64,000 nt of DNA, taken from NCBI RefSeq assembly GCF_009914755.1, contig NC_060927.1. One strand, given 5' to 3'. Under the pieces are notes generated by a model that worked only from the letters and a program-made list of their open reading frames with translations, searched no databases and had not been told where the DNA came from. Made by a program: the position numbers and the translations under genes. Within the stretch, counting starts at the first letter, position 1. Each line of letters opens with the position of its first letter. Source of the stretch: the human T2T-CHM13v2.0 reference genome, Homo sapiens. Shown here piece by piece: positions 15,028 through 27,080 of this stretch.

Positions 15028-15590
15028 TGTGCAATTATAGGTAATAATATTGTTTAATTTATTTGTTCACATTGAGTATTTAGGATTTGTGCTACCATAG
15101 GAGCAAACTACCTCTGCCCTTGAGGGTGCTCTTCTTAGGATTCATACCTAGTCTGCTTATATTTTTAGACTGTCCAGAAAGTCCCCAACTCACAAGCACC
15201 ATACTTAGAATCATCTACTCCTACAGGATGCCTACCCTACTCTGCCCCTGAAAACCCCTGCTGCCAATAATGCAAGAAGCATTGTAAAACTGTTAAATTT
15301 TTAGAGAATCTATGGTAAAGAAAAGACAAAAGCTAAGCTATCCCTGGGATGAGACTCCTACTTTAAGATAAAAATGATTTCTGGGACAATTAGGGGGTCT
15401 GTTATGCAATTATACCTCAGTGTGACTTAGTTCAACCAAACTGGTTCTTCCTCATGCTAAGCTGAACCAGGGTTGCAGAGAGGTAAATGATCCTGAGTAT
15501 GAAGTGGCTTGTAGTATCAGGCAGACTCAAGTGGAAAAACACTGGTGACCTGCAAAAAATTGCATCAGGCAGTGCACTATGGGTTACAAT

Positions 15591-16036
15591 TGTAGAGCCA
15601 ATGCCATGTGGGTGTTCACCAACTATTTCTCTTGCCTCCTGAGCACACAGGAGAGCTACCTTTCCCGGTCCCCTCATGTCTAGGAGGGACCAAGGGACTG
15701 GTTCTACCCAATAGCCTATGGGCTGGAGGGCTGGACAGTGCTATGCCTGGCCGCTAAAACACCCCACAAAGATGGATACGCTCTCTCTTCAGCTGACTCT
15801 GGAGGCAACTCTGAGGAGGCCCTAGGGGACACAGTGTGACTGGACAAAAGTTACCAGGATGCCCGTGGCATTGCCTGGAGGAAAGCTGCTCATCCAGAAC
15901 AGTAGCTCTGGAGTCTGCAGGAGAAAGCCACAGACCACAAAATATTAAACCACTGAGTTTTGGTGGGCGGGGTGGGAGCAAAGGGGGGTGTGTAATGTGT
16001 TACCGCAGCATAGCCTAGCCTTCCTCAACTAATATA
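15591..16036 (+). mobile_element. Old MaLR LTR (MLT1I/J-like)
   Basis: tgtagag start, internal aaaccactgagtttt, end tgttaccgcagcatagcctagccttcctcaactaatata. Confidence 0.65.
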
Positions 16037-16170
16037 GCTGCATAAAGGAAGGTGTAACGGGTGCCCCTTCATCATCTTAGCCAGACCAAACTGTTGCTCC
16101 ACTCCATTGTTCTATATTACATAGAGCCAATATCAACTTTATACCAGATCTGTGGCTCCCAAACCTGGCT

Positions 16171-16173
<3 letters not shown>

Positions 16174-16214
<41 letters not shown>
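16174..16214 (+). repeat. poly(A)41 inside a MER5-like remnant
   Basis: Pure A run; flanks ctgtggctcccaaacctggct and cagacctactgaatcagaatctc are MER5-like. Confidence 0.9.
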
Positions 16215-16217
<3 letters not shown>

Positions 16218-16309
16218 CTTGTTTGGAAAAAGAACCCTGAACCCTATTTCAGACCTACTGAATCAGAATCTCCAAGACTCAGGCCAGGCCACTTCTTAGA
16301 CAAACTGCA

Positions 16310-16673
16310 TGTTATAAACTAAATGTCTGTGTCTGCACCCCAAAATTCTTACATTGAAATCCTAATTCCCAACCTGTTGGTATTAGGAGATGCGGCCTTT
16401 GGGAGATGATTAGGTCACAAAGGCTCTGCCCTCATAGGATTAGTGCACTTATAAAATAGGTCCCAGAGAAGCCATTACCCTTGTGAGGACACAGTGAGAA
16501 GACTATGAATCGGATCATCTATGAACCAGGAGGCAGACCCTTACCAGACACTGAATCTGCTGGAGGCTTGATCTTGGACTCACCAGGCTCCAGACCTGTG
16601 GCAAGTAAGGGTTTGTTATTCAAACCACCCAGTTCATGATATTTTTGTTGCAGCAGCCCAGATGACTGGGACA
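16310..16673 (+). mobile_element. MaLR solo LTR, MLT1A-like
   Basis: TG...CA termini with perfect 5-bp TSD ctgca (16305-16309 and 16674-16678); internal ttgaaatcctaattccc, ggcctttgggagatgattaggtca, ttgatcttggact. Confidence 0.85.
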
Positions 16674-17689
16674 CTGCAGATTCGCCTGCGTGGGGCTACC
16701 ATGAAAAGTCCCTTTCAAAGGACCAGTTTGCCCCTATCCAGAGACTGGGTGATATTTCTGCAGACACACAGTTTAGGTTATTGTGGTAGGTTTACTAATC
16801 CTTACCAAATTATTTTAAAGTGAGGATTTTAAATTATGTTTTGGCAGGAATCAAATATTCAAGTGTAATGGGTTTAATAAATTTAAAAGCTTCTCTTTTA
16901 AGATGACGCAATAATTGGCATAAAGCCGAATGCCTGAAATACCTACCAGTGAGAAGGATTTAAATGTTCAATTAAAATGATTTGAGATTTATTGCTTGTG
17001 AGGAAGATATTTAAATATGTAAATGAAACTGGCTCCCCACCCTCTCCAGTGTGGGGGTGGATTCTGCCTGCCTTTCCTCATGCCCTCTAAGGGAGTCTCT
17101 CTGCCCCTTGAGGACAAAGGCATTCAAATGACAGAGCTGGTGGCTGTGGCAGGAAGTCACTAAGGAAACAATGGAGGGCGCTGTGGAGATGGCCACTTCC
17201 TTCTTCCTCAAACACAGCAACCCCACCCACCTCAGGGCCTTTGTACTTGTTATTTCTGTAATCTTCATCCAGATGTCTGAGAGACCTGCTCCTGCACTTT
17301 CCTTATGAAATTTCTGCTCAAATTTCATACTATTCTTGATGCCTTCTCTGAAGCAAGAATCCCTTGCTATATACACACACACACATACACACACTCCTTA
17401 CACCCTATTTTATTTTTCTCTGTAGTAGCTTCACTATCTGACACGTTAACTATTACTTATTTGTGTATTTGCTGTTTCCTATACTCGTTCATAATGCCTG
17501 GTCCCTACTAAGTGCTCAAATAAATGTTATTATCATTTTAAAAAATTATTTAATACCATGGTAAGTATTTTTCATTGTCTCATGAGGCAATTAAGATTTG
17601 GCAATATTACTTCAGTTTAATTATTTCCCACTAATATATATCAAAAATATATATTTTTTAAATCAAAAGAATGTAATTGAAAACAGCAG

Positions 17690-17875
17690 GGCCTCCAGAT
17701 AGAGAAATGTGTCCAAACTGCAGATCTTTTCTAATGAGCTGTGTGTCCTTGGGTCATTTACCTTAAACTCTGTGAGCTTCAGTTCCCTCACATATAAAAT
17801 GAGCATAAAAATTCCAGCTTTCAGGGTTGTTGTGAAAATGATACATGAAAAAATTAAATCCCTAAGCACATAGTG
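17690..17875 (+). mobile_element. MIR SINE
   Basis: agctgtgtgtccttgggtcatttaccttaaactctgtgagcttcagttccctcacatataaaatgag (MIR core). Confidence 0.7.
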
Positions 17876-20800
17876 TGCCCCACTGATATTCTAAAGAAGT
17901 AGATGGCAAAATAAGGAAAATAAGAGAATAAATGCCTTTTTATTTATGCCAGTCATTAGCTAACAATCAACCACTGTGAATGAAAAAAGCCTAGTAAAGT
18001 CAATAAAATGTGAAGTGAAGCCTAATTCATTTTTACAATATGACCTACTTTCTGCTATTTTTGATTCACATGAACAACTGAAGTTGCAAGGAGCTGATCC
18101 TGCAAAGACTTCATTAAAAGCATATTCTTTTCTTTTCTTTATGGCTTCCAGCTTTGAGGGATGCGAAAACAGATTTTTCACTTACAAGCCTCCTTTGAAA
18201 GAACCCTGGCACTAATCTTACAGTACGACTTTGAAAATCTGTGCAATGTCAAAGGTTGTCACAGATGGGGGAAAGGAGGGAGGACCTGAAGGAAAGCGGT
18301 TTTTAATTCTACTCAATTATGCAACTTCCATTAGGCAGTTCTGACTGTCCTAAATAGATTATTCAGATCTTAACATTTGAAGGTTTGCAAAAATAAAATT
18401 CTGAATGATCTTCTTCCTTCGATAGACCTAGGTATAGGCTCTGTGGAGAAGGCCTAGCTGTGCTGGTTTTTCATCTGGGAAATGCGCTTATTAGATACTG
18501 ACCCCAAATCAGTCAAGTGTCATTGAGTCTTAGACAGCAAAATAGCTGAAAGAAAAAAAATATTTTCGGCTGCTTTGGAATACCTTTGTAAAGGCCATTG
18601 TCTTTTCTTTCATGGACTACAGTATTCTTTAACCAACTTAATCTACCTGCTAACAAAGATAGAAGAAGGAAGGCTTATTTTCCCATAAGGCTAAACAAAG
18701 ATTAATGATAGCCAACCAAATTGTCTCTTAATTTTCTTTTCTTCTCCCTCTCCAGCTGGCCTTCTAGAGATAGAGTGTATAGATTTTTCTCTTAGTTAAG
18801 AACATTTACTTAGAAAGCAGCAGAATACTAATAACAAAAGAGTAGGGGGTTGTTTTGCCCTACACATCACAGGAATTCTGCCTTGTAAGCTGGAGGAGGT
18901 ATAGGGGCATTTTATTGTTGGGGGATTCTTAACCAGGCAGATGGGGAACCTAGCGGCCAAAAACCTTCTTGGGTGAATCTTACATATGATCCTTCTGTTC
19001 CCACTATATCCTCCAAACCCAACCCCAATGAGAACCACTACTCTGCCCTTCAGACCCTGACCTACCTTTCGAATTATGATTGTAGCAAACCAATTTGTCA
19101 TGCCATGTTAATCTATTCTTACCCTACGACCCCGAATTAAAACACTCCCAGGGGCCCCACCCAAAGAAGAGTAAATGCCAAGTGAGTGGATGGAACAGGT
19201 CCGTTTGACCTCATTTCAAAATATAGGGGAAAAAGACATGGATGGTCCTCCCACAAAATAACACCACCACGAGTTATAGAGGTGCCCATTTCGCTTCTGT
19301 GACAAAATTTTCAAATTGAACAATCTAAGCCTTTGAAATCCTCACATGAAAACAAGATTTTGTGATGCTCTGAAACAGCAGCACATGTTCTGATCCCTTG
19401 CTGGGTGGGAAGCACTGGGGGTGGTTAATGAGTTCTCACACCCTCTGGTGAACCAGCTCCTTTCATTTCTGAGTGAAGAAAGGGGCCCTGACAGTGCGCT
19501 ACTCCATAAATTCAAAAACAGGCCACTTTCTACCCCAGATCCACAGCCACTCCCTGGCCCTTTCCTAAAGGGTTCCCAATTAGGAATATGGCAAAGAGAG
19601 CCCTGTAAATACCAGTTGCTGTCATTTCTTAATATTTTCTGTGATGGCTTGACTTGCTAAAATGACAAGGTTTATTATTTTTAGCTTCCAGTTTTGGCGA
19701 GTTGATCAGTCAAAACAAAGTATTAAAATAGCATCTACTTGGTAAATTCAATTTCAGATGACTGCATCTAAAACTCATATCCATTATAGACTCATATAAA
19801 ACTGACTTATATGGCTAAGGAAGTCTGAGAAGGAATAACTAAATATATAGCTCAAGGAGGAAAGATGAATAACTTCTTTGGTCTCAAATACAAGTCTATT
19901 TTGGCATCAAATCCAAAAGCAAGCCTATGATAAGCAATGGATTCATTTAAATCACTTTAGGACAAATGATTTAAAGAGGGTTTTCTAACGCTCCAGTGTT
20001 CCATCCAGGATGTGTGAAATGCATGAGATCTCAGTTAAATGTAGCATTTTTAATAAATATAGTCTAAGTCACACGGGCCTTTTTGATAATGTAATTTTTT
20101 TCTTTGAACGCCTCTTTTACAATATACCTAAATGACTATGAAAAGCTATCTCGTGATAATATATGCTAGAAAACCCCATTTTATATTATTTTTAAAGTAA
20201 CTTATTCTAATTTTTAAAAGTAATAAAAGTGTAGGGGAATCTGGATAGGTAACTGCAACTCACTACTATCTTTGCAACTTTTGTATTTAATTTAATGTAA
20301 ATCTAAAATTAAAAGTTATTTTTTTAAAAAGCAATATTTGTTTTTACTGTAGACTATTTGGAAAAGTATAGAGAAGACGGAAAATCACCTATAAAAATAG
20401 GCATACCTATATCTAACTGTGTGTATATGAGTAATACATCCTATCATCTTTTGATTATATGGTATTTCCCCTACCATTAAAAATTCTTCATAAACTTTGT
20501 TTTAAAAGGCCACTTATCATTACATCATATAGCTAGCCCAAAATTTGTTTAATCATTTTCCTACGTGGAACATTTAACTTATTTACTGTTTTTGGCTATT
20601 GGAATTAGTTTTACAAACAATATAATTGTGCATAAAGCCTTTTCATATTTCTCATTATTTCCTCAGAGATGGATGAACATTTTTAGGCATAGCCAAACTT
20701 CTTTCCAGAAAATTAGCCTTTTCTTAAAGAGCATGCATCACCCAACCTCAGCTCGCAGTGCCACCATTTATGACAACCTTCCAAAATGGCCGGAACGCTG

Positions 20801-21553
20801 CCAGCTTCACACACCACGGCACTTCCTGGGAAGAACCTCAGGACAGAATATCTGCTGTTGAGTCAGGGCTGCTATAGCCAGAGAAAGGTGTGAGATGTGT
20901 AACTGTCTCCAGGTAATCCTTCTGCCAGCCAACTACCTCCTGATTCAGCTATAACCTGAAGGCCAGGTGCATTCACCCAAACAAAACCCACAGAAATCAG
21001 AGGAAGGGTGACTGAGGATAAGAAAGGCTAGACACATAAAAGAATGATGTGAAATTTAGCTTTTACCAAGAACTGAAGTGTTATATTTGGCCGGAGATTA
21101 TTCCCAGCAAAGGAAACACAAAGATGCTTGGGTATTATCTATACTAAAACTGGGAAAACCTCAGCTGACCCTATAAGTTACTTGAAAATTTGGGGACATT
21201 TTTGTCAGAACGACAGAAAAGCAATATTGGATGGGACTAGGGGGTGGAAATGCTAGAAATCTGTGATATACAGTGAGTGCCACAAAAAGAAAAATTATTT
21301 TGCCCCAAATGCCAAAAGCACAGTGATGTTCTTTGATGTTACAGCCACAACTCTTAGGGAAGAGGCCCCAGTTGATGGCCTTCGAACTATATTCTGCTTG
21401 AAAATATTTTGTTTGATCCTAATAGTTGGTGTTGGGGGTGGGAGGGAGTGTGTGTGTGTGTCTCTTTTTAATTTTAAATATGAATATTTTGGAACTTTTA
21501 CATAAAGTCTAGCTTTTCTAAAAAAAAGAAGAAGAATCTAAGATCTGACAACA

Positions 21554-21883
21554 GGCCGGGCGCAGTGGTTCACACCTATAATCCCAGCACTTAGGTAGGC
21601 TGAGGTGGGCAGATCACCTGAGGTTAGGAGTTCAAGACCAGCCTGGCCAACATGATGAAACCCCGTCTCTACTAAAAAGTACAAAAATTAGCCGGACGTG
21701 GTGGCAGCCACCTGTAATCCCAGCTACTCAGGAGGCTGAGGCAGAAGAATCGCTTGAACCTGGGAGGCAGAGGTTGCAGGGAGGCAGAGGTTGCAGCGAG
21801 CCAAGATCGCACCACTGCACTCCAACCTGGGCGAAACAGAGACTCAGATGTCTCAAAAAGAAAGAAAAAAAAAAAAAAAAAAA
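21554..21883 (+). mobile_element. AluS (Sx/Sz-like) with an internal 17-bp duplication, inserted in a MER102-like element
   Basis: ggccgggcgcagtgg...gatcacctgaggttaggagttcaagaccagcctggccaac...A-tail; flanks join as aagatctgacaac/actggatcccc. Confidence 0.93.
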
Positions 21884-23569
21884 CCTACAACACTGGATCC
21901 CCATTCCCACGGCAATAATTGGAAAATGAGGAGTGGCTGTCCCCTTTGGGCTGAGCAAACTGGCCATTTCACTCATGAGAATTACATGCCTGGCCCTCTG
22001 GCCATCAGTTTGCAACCCCTATCCTACTACAAGGTCTTTCAAAGATTTTAGCAAGGCCCCAGATAGTAACCTTTCCCTTTCCCCATCGTGCTCAGCACTC
22101 AGTTACTCGACAGATACAGCACAGGGAGCGCCTCCCGCCAAAGGCAGTTTTTTTCTCCAACTGCGTATTTGTCTTTTAATCATCATTTCCTTTCCTTCCC
22201 TGGCCAACCACACTGGACAACCCAGGAGCCTGTTCCAGGAGCTGAGAGCAAGTCTTCAAGTACCAGTGCCTTGTTTCTTCACCAGCTCTCCCACCACTGT
22301 TATCATCACCCCTCCTAAACCACCTCCCACCAACAAAAGTATCTGACTGAGGGGTGGGAAGTGTCAAGTACAGCACTGGACAGTGGGTGGGGCTGATCAC
22401 AATGACTGTGCACCAGACACCAGGGTGCTTGTCCTAGAACAAATTAAAATGGAAAGAAGGGTTTTAAGAACTGGAAGAATAATGTGAGATTTGGCTTTTA
22501 GGAAAATCACCCAAGTAGCCTGCCTGTTTGCGCTTGCTCTCTCTCGCTCTCTCCTCTCTGTTCACACACACATACACAATCCTCTGCACTGTGACCGTAG
22601 AAACTGGAAGGCGCCTTCCTGAGGATATGGAGTGAGTGGAACAGAATGTTGGAAAAGATGCCTGGGAGATGGAGGAGAATGACAGAGAAGAGAGGGCAGC
22701 ACAGAAAGCATCTTCCGGGAGGACTGGTGGCCATCAGAGACCTGCGAGGACCTAGAGCTGATTCATGGCCACATTAGGGCATCCAGCAATGGCTTGCCCT
22801 GCCAGGCTCTCAAAAACCTGGCACTCAGGAGCAGCATGGAGGAGCCTTCTAAAAATAGTCTAGAATCAAGCTACCTTCTGGCTCATTCCGTTTTCCTTCT
22901 TTTAAAGATTAACTAACCTCAGGCTGTGCCAAAAAAGACTAGAGGGGGAGAAAAAAGACTCATGAAGTCTTGAACAGGTGCTACTGTTTATTCACCCAAG
23001 TCTGACATCACCACATTGTTTCTAGGGACTACAGCAAGTTTCTGGGCTTCAAACACTCCAGTAATTTCCTTAGGGAAAAGCAGAGTATGAAAGGAAGGTA
23101 GCTTGTATTAAATTTAAAAACTTGAATCCTGTATAGTTGATCTTTATAAGTTTCTTTTTTTTTTTTTACCATAAACTGTGCCAATCCCTTTGATGACAGA
23201 ATCTATTATTCTACTAGCGCTTACAACAGATCACTGTCATTTGAAGTGACTTTCAGAGTCTTCAGAGATACAAATAAACAATGCACCCTTCCTTCCCCAA
23301 CTGCCAAAAAAAAAAAAAAAAAATTGTCTCCTCCTGAAAACCCATCACTAGCAACCTTCTATTAGCTTGGAGAATCTTTTTAATGCAAAAGGGTCTGGAA
23401 CTAAAAGTGATCAGGGCAAGGATCTCATTTTATTCATATTTCTATCCCCAGGGATAAGCACAGTGCCTGGTAGACTGTTTGCGTGCAAGAAAATTTTGTT
23501 GAAAGGCTGGACAAATAAAAGAAAATGCATAGGTTGTTTATTAATTTAGTAATGCAATTTCCAAATTTT

Positions 23570-24365
23570 GTTTTTTCTTGTTGAGGTATAATCTATGTTA
23601 AAATTCACCCATCTTAAATGTACAGTTTGATGAATTTTAACAAATGTATACAGTCACATAACCACCACAATTAATCCTAAAAAGTTCTCTCATGCCCCTT
23701 TGTAGTCACATCACCTCCCCATAATCCTAGTTCATTGATCTGTTCTCCATCCCTATAGTTTTGCCTTTTCTGAAATGTGATATTAATGGGATCACAGTAC
23801 ACAGCCTTTTGAGGCTGGCTTCTTTCACTTAGCATAACAATTTTGGGATTCATTCATGCTGTTGCATGTATCAGTAGCTCATTCATTTTTATTGTTTAGT
23901 CGTATTCTGCTATATGGATGTGGCAAGATTTGTTTTTCCATTTTCCATTTGATAAGTATGTAGATCATTTCCCACTTTTGGCTATTATGACTAAAGCTCC
24001 TATGACCATTCAATACAGATCTTGGTACTGGCGTGTGTTTTATTTCTCCTGGGTAAATACCTGCAAGTAGATTTGCCAGGTCATCTGGTAGGTGTATAAA
24101 TAACCATAAGAAACTATGAAAGTGCTTTCTAAAGTGGCACTTTAGAATGTATCATTTTACATTCCTATCAGCAAGGTATGAAAGTTCCGGTTGCTTCATA
24201 ACATTGGCAACAATTGATATTGTCAGTCTTTTTAACTTTAGTCATACAGTGCGTAGTGTATCTCGTTGCAATTTTAATTTGCATTTGCCTGATGACCGAT
24301 GTTAAGTATCTTTACATATTCATACAGCCCCTTTACAGGCCAATCAGATAGCTTCTTTGGTGAAC
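23570..24365 (-). mobile_element. Ancient L1 3' end (L1MB/L1ME-like)
   Basis: ttgaggtataat...tacagtttgatgaattttaacaaatgtatac; ttctttcacttagcataa; gttgcaattttaatttgcattt. Confidence 0.8.
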
Positions 24366-26716
24366 TGAGTATCTAGTAATGGAAATAAAATCTACATTAC
24401 TCATTTAAATTTCTCCAACATATTTTGACTGATATCCGTTAATAACCTTGTCAAAACTAACAAAATGGGTTTTTGTTTTCCTCCATTTTCCACGGCAAAT
24501 TTCCTAAGATGAATTACACACTTCCTTTACTCCTTAAAGTTAACTATTTTCACACTAACTTAAGGCCTTTTGTTCCAAATATCCTTGATACTGTGCTGTA
24601 ACAACTGAGCACACTCTTAACCTCCTATCAGTTGACTGTGTGCCTTTCTTTTAAAAATTAGGTCTGTGTTTCATTTTCAGTGTTTTTGTCTCCCTCCTCT
24701 CTCTCAGGGTCTACTATATGCTGTTATCTCTGTGCCACTGTAACCTGCTGTATGACCACATAAGTCAAGCTTCTGTGACAATTTTTTAAAAATAAGCATA
24801 AACAGCTCTGAGGAAAGGCCTAACAGTCTAAGAACAAAGACCATAGTCCCCTCGGAGGGACCTGATGACATACATTTTATGGCTTATTTCCAGATCATGG
24901 CTCTGCTTGAGAGGTAGGCAAAGTCCATTAATAAGTGTCCTTGGGATCAGTGAGAAAAATCTCCATCAGCATTTCCAGGTGCACTAGAAAGTTTTGTGGG
25001 TACTTACCAACCAACAGTGATAGATCCCTGAAGGGGCCAGTTTTTCCAGTTCCAATTGTGATACCAAATAAATATCATGTTTAAGGTCAGCAAAGTGAGG
25101 TAGAAGTAGGGTTAGTGCTCTAATGCAGTGCTCTAAAGTAAGACCTCAACTTTCCTTTTTGTTCATTTTAACAGCACAGCCCTTTGGCAGGGAGCTTCAT
25201 GCTCCCTGGAATCCTAGTGGGGATGAGAAACACAAGAGCTCCTTTCCCTGTGGAAGCCTCTGGATTCTGACACAGCTTCACCTCTTCCCCACAGCCTCAC
25301 CTCTCTAAGCCAGTTTCATGACTATAAAATGAGGATAATGAAGTACCTACTGCCCACCCCAGAGCACTTTGTGCCAACCAAACATGAAAGAGAACGTAAA
25401 AGTGTGCTGTGCACTAACAGGACTCCAGGAGATCAGCATTATCACAGCTCAAAGGCAAGCCTGGCCACCAGGCATCCATGGCAATCTCATGCCAGGCAGG
25501 AAGTTCCTATGAAGAAAAACAAAGACACGAATACCCCTTAGCTGGAAGGAGAGAAGGTAAGAGCCTCCAAGTGAGAATGGAGTGATAGTCTGTGCTTCCT
25601 GGACAGAGGAAGTCGCAAGAGGAACGGAAAGCAGGTTTTGAACAGGGAGAAAGCAAAAGACCTCAGATAAGCAAAGATGAGGAAGGGACATGAGGTCCAA
25701 ACGTTGAATAAAGAAACAGTAATACTGGGCACTGTGGGACGCCTTTGCATGTAAATACGGTTTAAGCCTGGGCATCCTATTTGGGCGGATATAGTTACAA
25801 TGCCATATTTCATTCTTGAGGTTGGTCAGCAAGACTTTCCATGAAACTTCTGCTCCCTTATTCCCACTTACTGTTCCTTATCCATAACGACAGATGTGTA
25901 TTACATATACTTCTTACCTGCTGACTGGATCTTCTGTGATCACACCTTTCCTAATAGAATATTTATCCAGGCCTGAGTTCCATAGTCAAAGAAGGTAGAA
26001 GATAATCTGCTTAAATGAAGTGCCTGGCCATTTCATTCACTTCTAGAAATATTTTCTCAAGATTACCATGCAAGCAACAGATTTTCAGGAGGCAGAAAAG
26101 ATTTCTAGACTTTGCCCAGAGGGAGAACTACAAATGCCCTCAGGATAAATAGTGCTCCAATGAGCAGAAGCCCAAACAAAATAGGAAACTGATAGAGAAC
26201 CCTAGCTCTAGATCTTTTTGTCTTATACCATCCTAGCATAAGCAGAAGGGAGAGAAGCTGTTCTAACCACGATTGAAGAATGAAGCTATTTAGCAGCTTA
26301 ATCGAAACTACGTACCTTTGAATCTCTTAATTTTACCAGGCTCTTCTACGTGGACCTATATTTCGGTAATTATAATGGTAATGTGGATTGCGGGAAGATA
26401 TCTTCCTCTTATGGCTCCCCACTCCAAGTCTTTGATTTCCAATCAACCAACAATTTTTTTAAGATTATTTATGTTAATCCTTCCACTCTTCATTGCCTCA
26501 TTTCTAAACTGGAGAAGCCCTCATTTCAGTAACAACAACAACAAAAGTGACATGTATAGGGGTGTGTGTATATATGAAATCCCACCATCCTTATGAAAGT
26601 AATTTTTCCCAGTTTTCTAGGTTCATGACGTTAAGAAAGCTGAATCTCACCAGAGAATGTGTAATATGTTAATATCCCCCAAAAGCCAAACATTAAACAT
26701 TACTTTTATTAGCTAA

Positions 26717-27080
<364 letters not shown>

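Noticed and set aside
22366-22386. REST/RE1-like half sites (cagcact-ggacag)
   Set aside because: The canonical 2-nt spacer is missing and the left half is mismatched.
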